64,000 nt of DNA from Malacoraja senta (Eukaryota): positions 8,248,001 through 8,312,000 of the forward strand of contig CM075989.1 in NCBI GenBank assembly GCA_038087875.1, read 5' to 3'. Each line of letters starts with the position of its first letter. Position 1 is the first letter of the stretch. The notes below the pieces were generated by a model. The model saw only the letters and a list, made by a program, of their open reading frames with translations, made no database searches and was not told where the DNA came from. Positions 41,451 through 53,292 of this stretch are shown here, piece by piece. The position numbers and the translations under genes were made by a program.

Positions 41451-42749
41451 TTTAACACGAACATCCACCACAGTGGCTCCTACACATTCCTCACTGTGGT
41501 GTAAGGCGAAATAAAGTTCAAGTCCTTCCCTTAGTTCTTCCTCGGTCGTGGGCCTCGAGCCCCCGTTGACGGGACGATCTTGACTCCCGTAGCTGGCGGC
41601 GTTCGGGCCCTCCGCGTCGAGGCGATCCGCTCCCGCATTGGGGGGGGGGGATGTCAGCTCCCCCGCGCCGGGCGATCATAAACATCCACCACAGTGGATT
41701 CCCCACGTTCCTCACTGTCATGGAAGGCAATAAAGTCCAATCTTCTTTTGTGGTCCAATCTACAATGAAATGGGCTTAATTTATCTAAAAAAATATTTTG
41801 TTACAAGCAGAAAATAATTTAGTCCCATCAGTCTGGGTTGGGTTTGAAACAGGATCTCAGAGGTGAAAAACAATGTCACCAGGAAGGCATCGTCAACAAT
41901 AGTAGCCTGAAATTGATCTTGGAAAACAGTTCCAGAGACAGCTGCCAAAACCCCAACTGGACCTGCCTTGACATGCCATGTAAGAACATTTCAAGCTAGA
42001 ATGAGCTTCAAAAAGATACTGAAAATCAAATTAAATTTACAAAACAGTGTTAAATTAAGAAGGTATTATTTATAATCAGCAATTGAAGTCTGAGACCAAG
42101 CTAATAGTATTTTTTAGTCCATTTTAAATTGAATGAAAATTGAACCATTTTCCAATGATACCTTATATTGAATATAAGAAGCAAAGGTACTCTCTTGCGA
42201 ACTGTTGCACCCAGACTATTAGTCTGCCTGGAGAAATTTTCTGATTTATTATTAATGTCGGGAGTGGATTAATATCTTTATTTTTCAATTTCATTGCATT
42301 GATGCTTTGTGACATTCCAGTGCTCAGAGGCCTCAATAAAAACAGCCCCCAAATGCTCTTTGTCTGCAATGATAACTTAAATCCCCAAATGGACTTGCAA
42401 AGCCTCTCCATCTCTTTTCTGCAGCTCAAAGTCAGTAAAATAGGTAAATTATCTGTAAATCACATGACTTATTTTATCACTGGGGATAGTAGAACAAAAA
42501 AGAATGACAGTAAAATTATTTAAGGAACTAAGTGGTTGATGAATGCACATATGATACTATGTAGGTATATGCTAAAATGTAGAGAAATGCTGGCACTTGA
42601 ACAGATAGTTAAGGCGGTTTATGCCTGCATCCAAACAACATGCAGTGCTGAAGGTTTGTTCTATAATTAATGGCTAGAAAGGGATCTGAATCAGCAATCT
42701 AAACTAGAAACAAAAACGACTAAATCTGTTTGCAGCATTCCAAGCCTAA

Positions 42750-43205
42750 AGGGCCTGTCCCACGAGCATGCGACTGCATGCGGCAAGCGCGTCCAAACCG
42801 GAAGCGGGGGCCGCGCGGAGGTCGAGTGATCCCCGTACAGGGCCTGTCCCACCAGCATGCGACTGCATGCGGCGAGCGCGACCAAACCAGTAGCGGGGGC
42901 CGCGTGGAGGTCGAGTGATTGACGTGAAGTTCGAGCGAAGTCCGCGGGAGGTTCGCGCGCGACCTACGGCGTCAAGACGCTGCGCACGGCGTCAAGACGC
43001 TGGGTACGGCGTCGAGACACTGCGCACGCCCGTCGAGGTGGTGCGTACGGTCTCAATGCGGCGGCGGGTCGACAGGCCATTGCCGCGCGGAATTTTTGGA
43101 CAGTGTCAGATCGAAGTGGGACCGGCCCTGCGAGGCTGTACGGCTCAAGCGACCACGTTAGGTAGCGCTTGCCGCATGCAGTCGCATGCTCGTGGGACAG
43201 GCCCT
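42750..43205. mobile_element. PIF/Harbinger-type non-autonomous DNA transposon (MITE)
   Basis: Perfect 41-bp terminal inverted repeats (42750-42790 / 43165-43205) and TAA TSD (42747-42749, 43206-43208). Confidence 0.9.
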
Positions 43206-43707
43206 TAACGATATTGTTCTTGGTGACCAGGTGACGCTGAAGGAGTCCGTCATTTGAGTTATCTGGGGAGATTCAACTGCACGTATTTACCATGGTTTGG
43301 TTCACACAACAACTGCAGGTTGGATTATATAAAATAAAAAGAGAGATTATTGCACAGGGGCTTTTCTCAGTCAGAAAAGGTCCACGGAATGTCTAGGATG
43401 AGCTCCAGAGTCTATGACAAGGAACCAATTGACTGGTGGGAGACCACTATCCTCTTCGACATAGAAAGGTACTGCAAAGGAAAGGGTCCTTCGTCCCACA
43501 ATATATATATGATGAACATAAAACTAGGATAAAATAATCGCATCTACCTACACACGACCCATGCCCCTCCATTCCCAGCTTATCCATGTGCCTATCTAAA
43601 AGCCCCTTAAACAAAGCATTTCCTGTCATTTCCTGAATGTGGCAATCTTGGGGTCTTGATGCAAGACATTGACCTGGTGACTACAAAGATCACGGAATGG
43701 TGACGGA

Positions 43708-43955
43708 CTTGGTTTAGTTTAGTTTCGAGATACAGCGTGGAAACAGGGCCTCGGCCCACCGAGTCCGTGCCGGCCAGCGATCCCCGCACACTAACACCAT
43801 CCTACACACTAGGGACAGTTTACAATTTACAGAAACCAAATCAACCTACAAACCTGTACGTCTTTGGAGTGTGGGAGAAAACTGGAGCACCCAGGGGAAA
43901 ACCCATGCGGTCACAAGGAGAACATACAAACTCCATACCGACAGCACCCGTCACC
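43708..43955 (-). mobile_element. V-SINE/HE1-like SINE, 5' truncated
   Basis: Reverse-complement V-domain and tail. Confidence 0.85.
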
Positions 43956-44146
43956 AGAAGGATCAGCAGTCAAAGAGATGGCTCAGTACCATCTTTTTAA
44001 GGGCAATCGGCAATACGTACTACTCGTCGGTGATGCTAAATGAATGAAGTCAATCTGTGGTAAAATAACCCAAAATATTGGAAAAAGTGCTTTGCAAACA
44101 TTTGCAAAATTGAACACTACTCAGTTGAGATTAAAGTCAGTGAGAT

Positions 44147-44259
44147 TCTTCTTCTTGCGTATGGTGTGCACAGCCTAACAAAAAACTACATCTGCAGGTC
44201 GGGTTGATTGCATTAGTCGAAACAGGGTGGACCACGTGAAGGTTGCAATCCCCCACCCC
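44147..44259 (-). mobile_element. HDV-ribozyme-headed short retroposon, second subfamily
   Basis: Perfect TSD agtcagtgagat at 44135-44146 and 44260-44271; (GAA)n tail. Confidence 0.9.
44206..44259 (-). ncRNA. Intact minimal HDV-like ribozyme fold
   Basis: GGGGUGG-GG-GAUUGCA-ACC-UUCACGU-GGU-CCACCCU-GU-UUCGA-CUAA-UGCAAUC; P1, P2 and P3 fully paired. Confidence 0.88.
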
Positions 44260-44644
44260 AGTCAGTGAGATAACAGCCTTTGACAAGCAAGTTTGAGATA
44301 CTACCTCCTGGCATATGATGTGTGACCTGACTTTTTATGCCGCCTTTTAAAAAGGCAATGGACTGAACAGGGAAGAGATTTGTAATGAGCACACGTTTTC
44401 ATGCTATACCTTTCAACCCAATTAGGTTGAGTTTATCAGTCAATCAGATTAAATTGAGGTAACACTGAGGAGGTTCCAGCGTTTGGACTATGATGTGAAA
44501 AGAATACTTGGTGGGGGCACCTGCTCTTCAATTTCAGTTGCTTTTCTCCTCCACACACAAACACACAGGTACCCCACTGCACACACAAGCCAAGATCATA
44601 GAAGGCTAGTATCTTTGCACACATGTACATGGTTACAAACATGC

Positions 44645-44790
44645 ATCATCTGCTCCTTCTTGAGCAGTTCCCTCAGATTGAGTTGGTCTTCTACATCTGT
44701 TTTATGGTGACTGAGGAGGCTAATGTGGGAACCACAGACTCTTCCACAGATGAAGCATGTGATGACCAATTGGGCAGGTGGGTGGGTAAT
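44645..44790 (-). mobile_element. RTE/BovB-like LINE 3' end
   Basis: ICGRVCGSHISLLSHHKT C-terminal zinc-finger remnant followed by a short 3' UTR. Confidence 0.65.
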
Positions 44791-45039
44791 TTTTAAGTTG
44801 TCCTGATGGTGGGGGTCCTGCAGAAAACCTGGGACTTAAAGGGTAGATGGATAGATGGATAGAGTGCATGAGGCTCAGCAACTCATGGACATCGATGACA
44901 TGCCACAGCCCAACACATAAGATCCCACCCTATTGAAAGCCAGGAACTCCCCAGAGTCAGAGACAGTTAATGCCTGCAGGAAGGAACATTCTAAAGACAC
45001 CCTAACTTTGACTCTGTCTTTGACGTGAGTGCCCATGGC

Positions 45040-46080
45040 TCTGTTCCATATTCTAGTCAGCCTTGTTGCTGATTAGCAAGAAGATGAGGAGGCCATATCC
45101 AGACTCAAAAGTAACAAGGCCTCAGGAGTAGATGGTATCTCCACTGAAGTCATACAACTCAGCAGTTAAGAGCTTCAGTTGCAAATCCAAATCCTCATCC
45201 AGGAAGAGGTTATTCCAGGGTATCTCAGAGATGCCATATTGTGATCATCAAGACAAGAGATAAGTGTTGATAACTACAGAGAGGCTTCCTTGCCATGTGC
45301 ATGTGGAACGTCATTGCTAGAATCCTGCACAATCTCCTCTTCCCAGTTGTCAAAGAGCTGCTTCCTGAATCACAGTGTGGACTCCATCCAACCAGAGGCC
45401 CAATGAACATGAACTTCACTATACAACAACTAGGGGTGACAGAGTAGCGGTGTTGCCTTACAGCACCAGTGAACTGGGTTCAATCCTGACTACTGGTGCT
45501 GTCTGTATGGTGTTTGCACTTTCTCCACATGACCGCGTGTTTTTTCCCCGGGTTCTCTGGTTTTCTCCCACACTCCAGAGACGTACAGGTTTGTACATTA
45601 ATTGGCTTTGGTAAAGATTCTAAATTGAACCCAGTGTGTAGGATAGTGCTGGTGTACAGGGATCGCTGGTCGGCGCGGACTCCGTGGGCTGAATGGCCTG
45701 TTTCCACCCTGTTTCTCTAAACTAAACTAAAAATGTAGGGAGCAGCACTAGCCACGATTGCTCAACTATCGGCCGAATCTCTATGAAGATCTTTGACTCC
45801 ATCAATCAGAAATTCTTCTCCATCATACATAGTTTCATAGTGGCATGCAGACCGTGATGTTAACCAATGGATTTACAACCAAGGCATTCTCAGTGAAGAC
45901 TGGTGTTAAACAAGACTGCACCATCAGTCCAACACTCTTCACATTCTTTCTTGTTGCAGTGTTGCATCTCACCCCCCAACAAACTTCCCACAAGAGTGAA
46001 ACTATTCTTTAGAACCTACAAGAAGCTCTGCAACTTATTGTCAATCAGAACCATTGATACCCAAATTTCAGTAGTCGGTC
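45040..46080 (+). mobile_element. Degenerate RTE-clade RT fragment interrupted by a V-SINE (45432-45732)
   Basis: KASGVDGISTEV, IPGYLRDA, IARILHN..LLPESQCG and VKTGVKQ remnants. Confidence 0.75.
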
Positions 46081-46180
46081 ACAAATATATCATAAACAAA
46101 CATCGGAACACAAATAAATGTTTCTTACATAAGGGTTAACAATCAAATAAGCAACATATGTACAAGCACATAAACACATC

Positions 46181-46668
46181 AATAGACAATAGACAATAGG
46201 TGCAGGAGTAGGCCATTCGAGCCAGCACCGCCATTCAATGTGATCATGGCTGATCATCCCCAATCAGTACCCCGTTCCTGCCTTCTCTCCATATCCCCTG
46301 ACTCCACTATCCTTAAGAGCCCTATCTAGCTCACTCTTGAAAGTATCCAGAGAACCAGCCTCCACCACCCTCTGAGACAGAATTCCACAGACACAACTCT
46401 CTGTGAGAAAAAGTGTTTCCTTGTCTCCGTTCTAAATGGCTTACCCCTTATTCTTAAACTGTGGCCCCTGGTTCTGGACTCCCCCAACATCGGGAACATG
46501 TTTCCTGCCTCTAGCGTGTCCAAACCCTTAATAATCTTATATGTTTCAATAAGATCCCCTCTCAACCTTCTAAACTACAGAGTATACAAGCCCAGCAGCT
46601 CCATTCTCTCAGCATATGACAGTCCCACCATCCCGGGAATTAACCTTGTAAACCTACACTGCACTCCA
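46181..46668 (-). mobile_element. CR1 LINE 3' fragment
   Basis: RGDLIETYKIIKGLD..ESRTRGHSLRIRG. Confidence 0.92.
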
Positions 46669-47584
46669 AATACATACACGCCAGCAGAGGCAGATGTTGT
46701 AGTCCAGGTAATTTAAAGCTGGTTCTTCTTATCCCATCAGTTCAGTTAATGTAACACAAACTGGAGATCATAGTTAGACTTTTCTGTATTATACTCTTAA
46801 GCTCCATTCCAGACAGTTCAATCAGCAGCTAAGCCACAGGAAGCTTTGGGCATTTGAGTTCTGCTACACAAATAATCAAAAAAGTTAAATGAGAAATAAA
46901 CTGGGAACTTGAGTGGTTTATAAATTCCATCTCAACATGAAGATTTAAAAAAAGCTTTGAACTATCTCCAGAATAATCGTTACTATGTGTAGATTGTATA
47001 AATTTTAACAGTCACTTATATTCATGCTTTGCTGCTGTCAGATTATAATGCTGATAACAAATCTGCTCCGTGGCATTGATCTGTCGTGACATTCATGGTG
47101 AATGATTAAAATCTGTCGTATAATTTGCTGCAGGTTTATTGAGTGGTACATCATCATTCATTATTCTGAGTTTCTATAATCCACATTTATTACGTTGCGT
47201 TATTTTATAACATTTGATGAAATATCTTCACGATTTAATTGCTTTTGGGGATGAAATTTATTTCCTTTGTGCTGGCTGAACTATATTGGTTTTCAGTCCA
47301 AAAAGGCCTCAATTTAATTTCAGCTCTCTCTCACTCTCTTCTCTCTCCCTCCCTCCACCTTCCCTCTCTCTCTGTCACCTCCTCCATATCTACAACCCCC
47401 TCATGATTACACTATTCCACCCCGCTTTTAACTGCTGTACCTTTGATAAAGACAGAAAGTCATACATCACGAAAATGAGCTGTATCCACCGAGCCCCCTC
47501 TAACCACAAAGCATCTAGTTACACCATTGTTCATTAACTACAGCACGGCATTCAACACCATCATCTGCTCCCCATTTGTTATGT

Positions 47585-48085
47585 AAACTTCTACTAATGT
47601 ATGGTAGAGAGCATATTGACTGGTTGCATCAGGGCCTGGTTTGCCAACTATGAAAAGTGTTGGACACTGACCGCTCAGTCCATCACAGGCACTGACCTCC
47701 CCATCATCGAAGGGATCCATAGGAGGCACTGCCTCAAAAAGGCAGCCAACATCATTAAAGATCTGTCCCCTGGCCATGTTGACATTTCACTCCCGCCATC
47801 AGGAAGAAGGTACAAGAGTAAGAAATCCGTGACCTCCGGGTTCAAGAACAGCTTCTTCCCAACAATCGCCAGGCTCTTGAACACTAAGAAACTATGAACT
47901 AACTACCCTAGTTGCACTAGAGACTTTGGGCTTTTTACACTAATATTGGGGATTTTAATTCATTGAATTTTGCTTCTTATTTTATCTACGAGTATTATGT
48001 TTACAGGCCTGGTATAATGCTGCAAATAAGAATTTCATTGTTCCGTTGTCAGTGCTTATGACAAATAAATAATCTTGACTCTTGA
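47585..48085 (+). mobile_element. Rex1/Babar LINE 3' fragment
   Basis: VESILTGCIRAWF..LPPSGRRYKS..FKNSFFP; gacaaataaa tail. Confidence 0.85.
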
Positions 48086-51000
48086 ATAGTGGAGCAGGCT
48101 TGAAGAGGTGAATAACCCACACCTATTTATTGTTTATTATATTCCTATTAGTATTCCTTAATTCTGCAGATCTATGTATGTGGTTGATGAGTATTGTGTG
48201 CATTGGGATACTGAGCCGCACAGAGAGTCTCAGAGTCAACCTTCTTTCTGTGTTGACAGCAGAAATCTACAAAGGGAGCTCCAAGGAGGATCACTGTTCT
48301 TGGTGAAAGAGCGTGCTAAAAACCAGCCTCAGCTGAAGGCTGAAGTGTCCCGACCCAAAACATCACCCATCCTTTTTCTCCAGAGATCGAGATGCTGCCT
48401 GACCCGCTGCGTTACTCTAGCACTTCTTGCTATAAGCTATAGCACTTCAGCTATAAAGATCTTTTAGCAGAAAAGGATGTTGGCACTATGTTGGGGTTCA
48501 CGTCACATTATCTTTCTTTTGATATTTTTCCCCCTGGCCGTGAGATTAATTGGCATTGCAAAGATGTGCGGTTTCATGAGAGGCCTATCTGGTATACTAA
48601 GCCTTGGAAATGGTTAATATCCAGATGTAACTGAATATAGCATTCAGAATTAAAATTCTCAAACCCAATTAAGTCAGGTTTCTGATTCATTGATTAATTG
48701 AAAGATGCATCATGGAAACAGGCTCTTTGGCCCACCGAGTCCACACCACCATTGATCGCACTTTCTCATAGTTCAATATTATTACACTGTCGCATCCACT
48801 CCGCACACACTTGGGGCAATTTAAGCTCTAACCCACACACATTTAGGATGTGAGACATCCAGCAGGAAACACCCGTGGTCACAGAAAATTATGCAAACTC
48901 CACACAGGCAGCACCCGAGGTCAGAATCGAAGCCGGGTCCCTGGTGCTCTACCAACTGTGCCTCTCTGCCACCCATATTTTGAAAAACATTTTCAAAAGT
49001 TTGTTGTACAGCAAATAGAACAAAATCACTTTGGGAACCATGCTTCTAAGCTCCCATGTACTTTCAGATCAAATTAAGGAAGGCAGATTCTATTATTTAC
49101 TCTACATGACTGAATTTTGAACAGCCGACTGACCTTGGTATTTTTAGTGGCCTTCTGTTGAGTGATGCCAAAAAATTGAGATGGGATTAAGTTCCCTACA
49201 CTAACCTCTGGCCACAAGGGCACCCTAACATGCTCTGACTTGTACAGTCACTGGATGATTTCCAAGGTTCCTAAGGCCTTTCACTGGCTTGTGCTTTAGC
49301 AGTGGTGCCTTCATCACTATTTGGACTGATTAGGGCTTTCAGTGAGAAATTATAAGGCAGAGGTCACATTTGAGGAACTTTAACATTGGATAATGGGGCT
49401 AGTGCAATTGATAAAATCTATTTTCATTCTTACTTCTGGCTGAGAGCTTGTTTCCCCCTATTCTAATCCTAGATAGGAGATAAAGTTGGCTTTACAGCCC
49501 AACAGACAAACAAATATTGATGCATAAAGAATTTTGAAGTATGCACCAGTACAGAATGAGCAAAGTATTATTAGATTCAGATGTAGGCATTCAAGTGCAA
49601 CTAATAGGATGTACTGGACATGTTTTGCAGAGGGATGCCAAGGATTGTGATAGTATATCACAGCTGCAAGCTGGAAAGTAAATAGTAGTTTGCCTGCGGT
49701 TGCAGATGAAAATCAATGAAGAATTGAACACATTTTTGATGTTTTTCCGCTTAATGAACACCCTTACCAAGGTCTTTAAAATTATAGACAGGTCTAACAG
49801 GAGGACCATTGAGAAAATCGTTGCAATGAATTTGAAAAAAGTCATAGATATCCTTCTGGGTCCACAGTAATTCCCATGCATGGAAGTTTTCTTGTTCATT
49901 TTTCAAATAGCTTCATGGCCTTCCTACAGATCTCGGGAATATTCTTTGGTCTGGTTAATGTTCAGGACATCATCAGTCCTCCCATTCCGGCCAACAGGTC
50001 ATCTCCAACTTTAATTGCTTCACCTCAGGTGGCCACAGCTTCAGCTAGCTCAGCTCCAATTTCCAGAAAGCCCCCTAAAATATCTCCACTTTTTATCACA
50101 TTATCCTCCTATAAATGTTCTTTATAACCTACCTTATTTGGTCCAATTTTGGTTAACGGTCCTAATGTATTCCCATACAGCTCAGAGGCAATTTCATTAT
50201 TTCAAAATGTCCTGTGATATTGTATTATGTTCAACGTGCTAGATAAATAGAAGCTACTGAAATGAAGGGCATTGAAAATGAGGATTTTAAATTGGGTTGG
50301 AGTTATTATATGTCAATAAGCATAGATGTTAAGAGCAAGTACAATACTCACAGACAAAGGGTCTCAAAGGACTTGGCCTCCACAGCCTTCTGTGACAATG
50401 AAGTCCACAGATTCACCACCCTGACTAAAATTCCTCCTCATCTCCTTCCTAAAAGAACGTCCTTCAATTCTGAGGCTATGACCTTTATTCCTAGACTCTC
50501 CCACTAGTGGAAACATCCTCTTCACATCCACTCTATCCAAGCCTTTCTCTATTCTGGACGTTTCAATGAGGCTCTCCTTTTTATCTCCAAATGCGAGCAT
50601 CAGAAGCATCTTGTGCCTCCACCATATTGGAAGCAGAATTGTGGATGAGCATATTTATATAGAGGAGAAAATGGTAAGATGTCAGGAGACTGGTCCAGAG
50701 GTACGAATGCATGGATGAATATTTCAGCAGAAGACCAGTGGCGGTGACAAAACTGCGTGATCATGAAGATCAAAATAGGCAGAATAGGTGATAGAACTGA
50801 TGTGTGGACATGTAAAATACACTGTGCTGGGCATGACAAATGATTATTTTAATGCCAGTTGCAGAAAACTGAATATTGTAATATTGTTCTCACCCACTTA
50901 TGGCTGACCTGGATGACTGAGATTTGGTTTGTAATAGGAATCTAACCTTCTCTAGCCTGCTTTTAGCGAGACTGAGTGATCCATCATCTTCTGGGCAAGT

Positions 51001-52136
51001 TCTTGCTTGTATGTTCTTAAGTGATTACTCCCGTAGCGTGCATCTCTCCCATTCACAGCCTACATCCTCTAGGCCACTCCCTAACCGCTAAAATATACTC
51101 TCTCTCACTCCACTTTGAAACCTAAACTTAAAAGAAACACTGTAAAAAGCAAGATCAAAGCAAATAAAATTAAAACCTTCAAGCTCCCTCTGACTCATTC
51201 CTTTTGATTGGTTAAGGACTTTGATCACATTTCTTCAATTATCACCTCTAATAACTCAGTGTAAGCTTATAAAACCATTGACACTGTAAGATTACTACTA
51301 TTCTCTAAAGCTCCCCAAGGTTCGATAGTAAAAAGAAGGATTGTAATTGTTGATTCTTCGTTATTTTGTTTGAATTGATAAGAAGTGTTAATGCAAGTAA
51401 TGGCCTAAGAATCCGATGTTACAGCTCTCGATACGAGGTTAAATCTCGGAGGTTTTACTTTTACCTCCCGCTGGTGTGATTGCTACGGACTGATCTGTTT
51501 TGTTCAATCGAGGACAATTCAGTTCTGTTTTGTTGTGTTTCATAATCCATACCTGACATTTGTTGGCAATCACAGCGTGGAGTGCAGCAAAGACACAGCG
51601 GTCAACTTTACTGATGGCAAACTTTCACCCCTTCTAATAATCCCTTCACCTCAGGATGTTAGGCTACAATGCCAAACCCTGCGGATTTCAGGAGGAGAAC
51701 TTTGAGACATAGAACAGCACCCCACTGATAAATCTGATTTATGGGTTGTTGCTGCCATGGTGATACACCTTGTTAGACAGGTTTTGTTTGGTCGATCACA
51801 AAGAGATATTAGGATTGATAATCAAAGCTTGACGATAGAGGTAGTCACTAGGGGGTGGTCTGAAGTAGAAGAGGAAGGCAGAGAGGTGACAAGAGACTGC
51901 GGCTGCTGGGATCTTGAGCAAAACAACAAAATTGCTGGAGGAACTCAGTGGGATCAGGCAACAATCTCTGAAAGGAAATGGACAGACAATGTTTTAGGTC
52001 CAGAACCTTATAAACTAGAGTGAAGATGGGTCCCAAACCAACACATCACCTGGAGGCAATATCTCTGGATCAGGGATGCTGCCTGACCCACTGAGTTCCT
52101 CCAGAGGAAAAAAGAGTTTAGGAAGAGAATCATAGA

Positions 52137-52440
52137 GGGCAGCACGGTGACGCATCGGTAGTTACTGCCTTACAGCGCCAGAACCCCAGGTTCGATCCTG
52201 ACTACGGACGCTTGTCTGTACGGAGTTTGTACGTTCTCCCCATGACCGCATGGGTTTTCCTCCGAGATCTTCGGTTTTCTCGCACACTCCGGAGACGTAC
52301 AGGTTTGTAGGTTAATTGGCTTGGTGTAAATGCAAATTGTCCTTAGTGTGTGTAGATAGTGTTAATGTGTGGGGATTGCTGGTCGGTGCGGACTCGGTGG
52401 GCTGAAGGGCCTGTTTCTGCACTGCATCTGTAAATAAGTT
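52137..52440 (+). mobile_element. V-SINE/HE1-like SINE
   Basis: B box ggttcgatcc, V-domain. Confidence 0.88.
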
Positions 52441-52859
52441 AGAGCTTAAGGTTTTGGTAGTGAAGGCATGGAAATCAAGACTTAAAGGATAGCCTACTGG
52501 CAAATTGCTAGATAATGAGGACTGATTAGTGCTGCACAGATTATTATTTAGATCTTTCTCCTAACTCAGCATTGGATGTAATATAATCTGTTACATATTT
52601 AGTTCATCAGCATACTGATGAAGACATCTTGTCTGCATTCCAGGGATTTATTAATTTCATTGTTAGTAATAAAATTATTTGCCCAGTTGACAGGTTGATT
52701 AAAATGACTGAATTACAGAATTACTGAATTACTCTTCTTACATGCACCTGCAATTTCCTCATGCCCTACATATCAACTACCATTCAGAGTGTTATAAGCA
52801 ACTTCCATCAATGGGTTTTGCCCCCGCAGCTTCTCAGCTCCACCCAAATCTACACTACT

Positions 52860-53292
52860 CAGATTTTTAGACTTTTCAGATACAGGGCGGAAACAGGCCC
52901 TTCGGCCCACTGAGTCTGCGCTGACAAGCCATCACCAATTTTTTAAATTTTTATATGGATGTATGGTAATCTAATTTCTTCTCTGTAAAGCACTTTGGCT
53001 TCAACGTGATTTGATTTAAAAGTGCTCTATAAATAAAAATGACTTACTACTTACTTACTTACCCCCATACACTAGCACTATCCTACACACGAGGGACAAT
53101 TTACAATTTTACTGAAGCTTTATACCTGTACATCTTTGGAGTGTTGGAGGAAACCGGAGCACCCGGAGAAAACCCGCGCAGTCGCAAGGGGACCATACAA
53201 ACTCCGTACAGACAGCACTTGTAGTCAGGATCCGACCCGGGTCTCTGGAGCTGTAAAGCAGCAACTCTACCGCTGTGTCATTCTGCCGCCCC
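52860..53292 (-). mobile_element. V-SINE containing a short plus-strand L2 3' end (~52937-53061)
   Basis: SINE halves flank tgtaaagcacttt..aagtgctctataaataaa(actt)n. Confidence 0.8.

Noticed and set aside
49591..50242. Cluster of 75-102 aa ORFs in unique sequence
   Set aside because: No recognisable domains or consistent splice signals; lengths expected by chance
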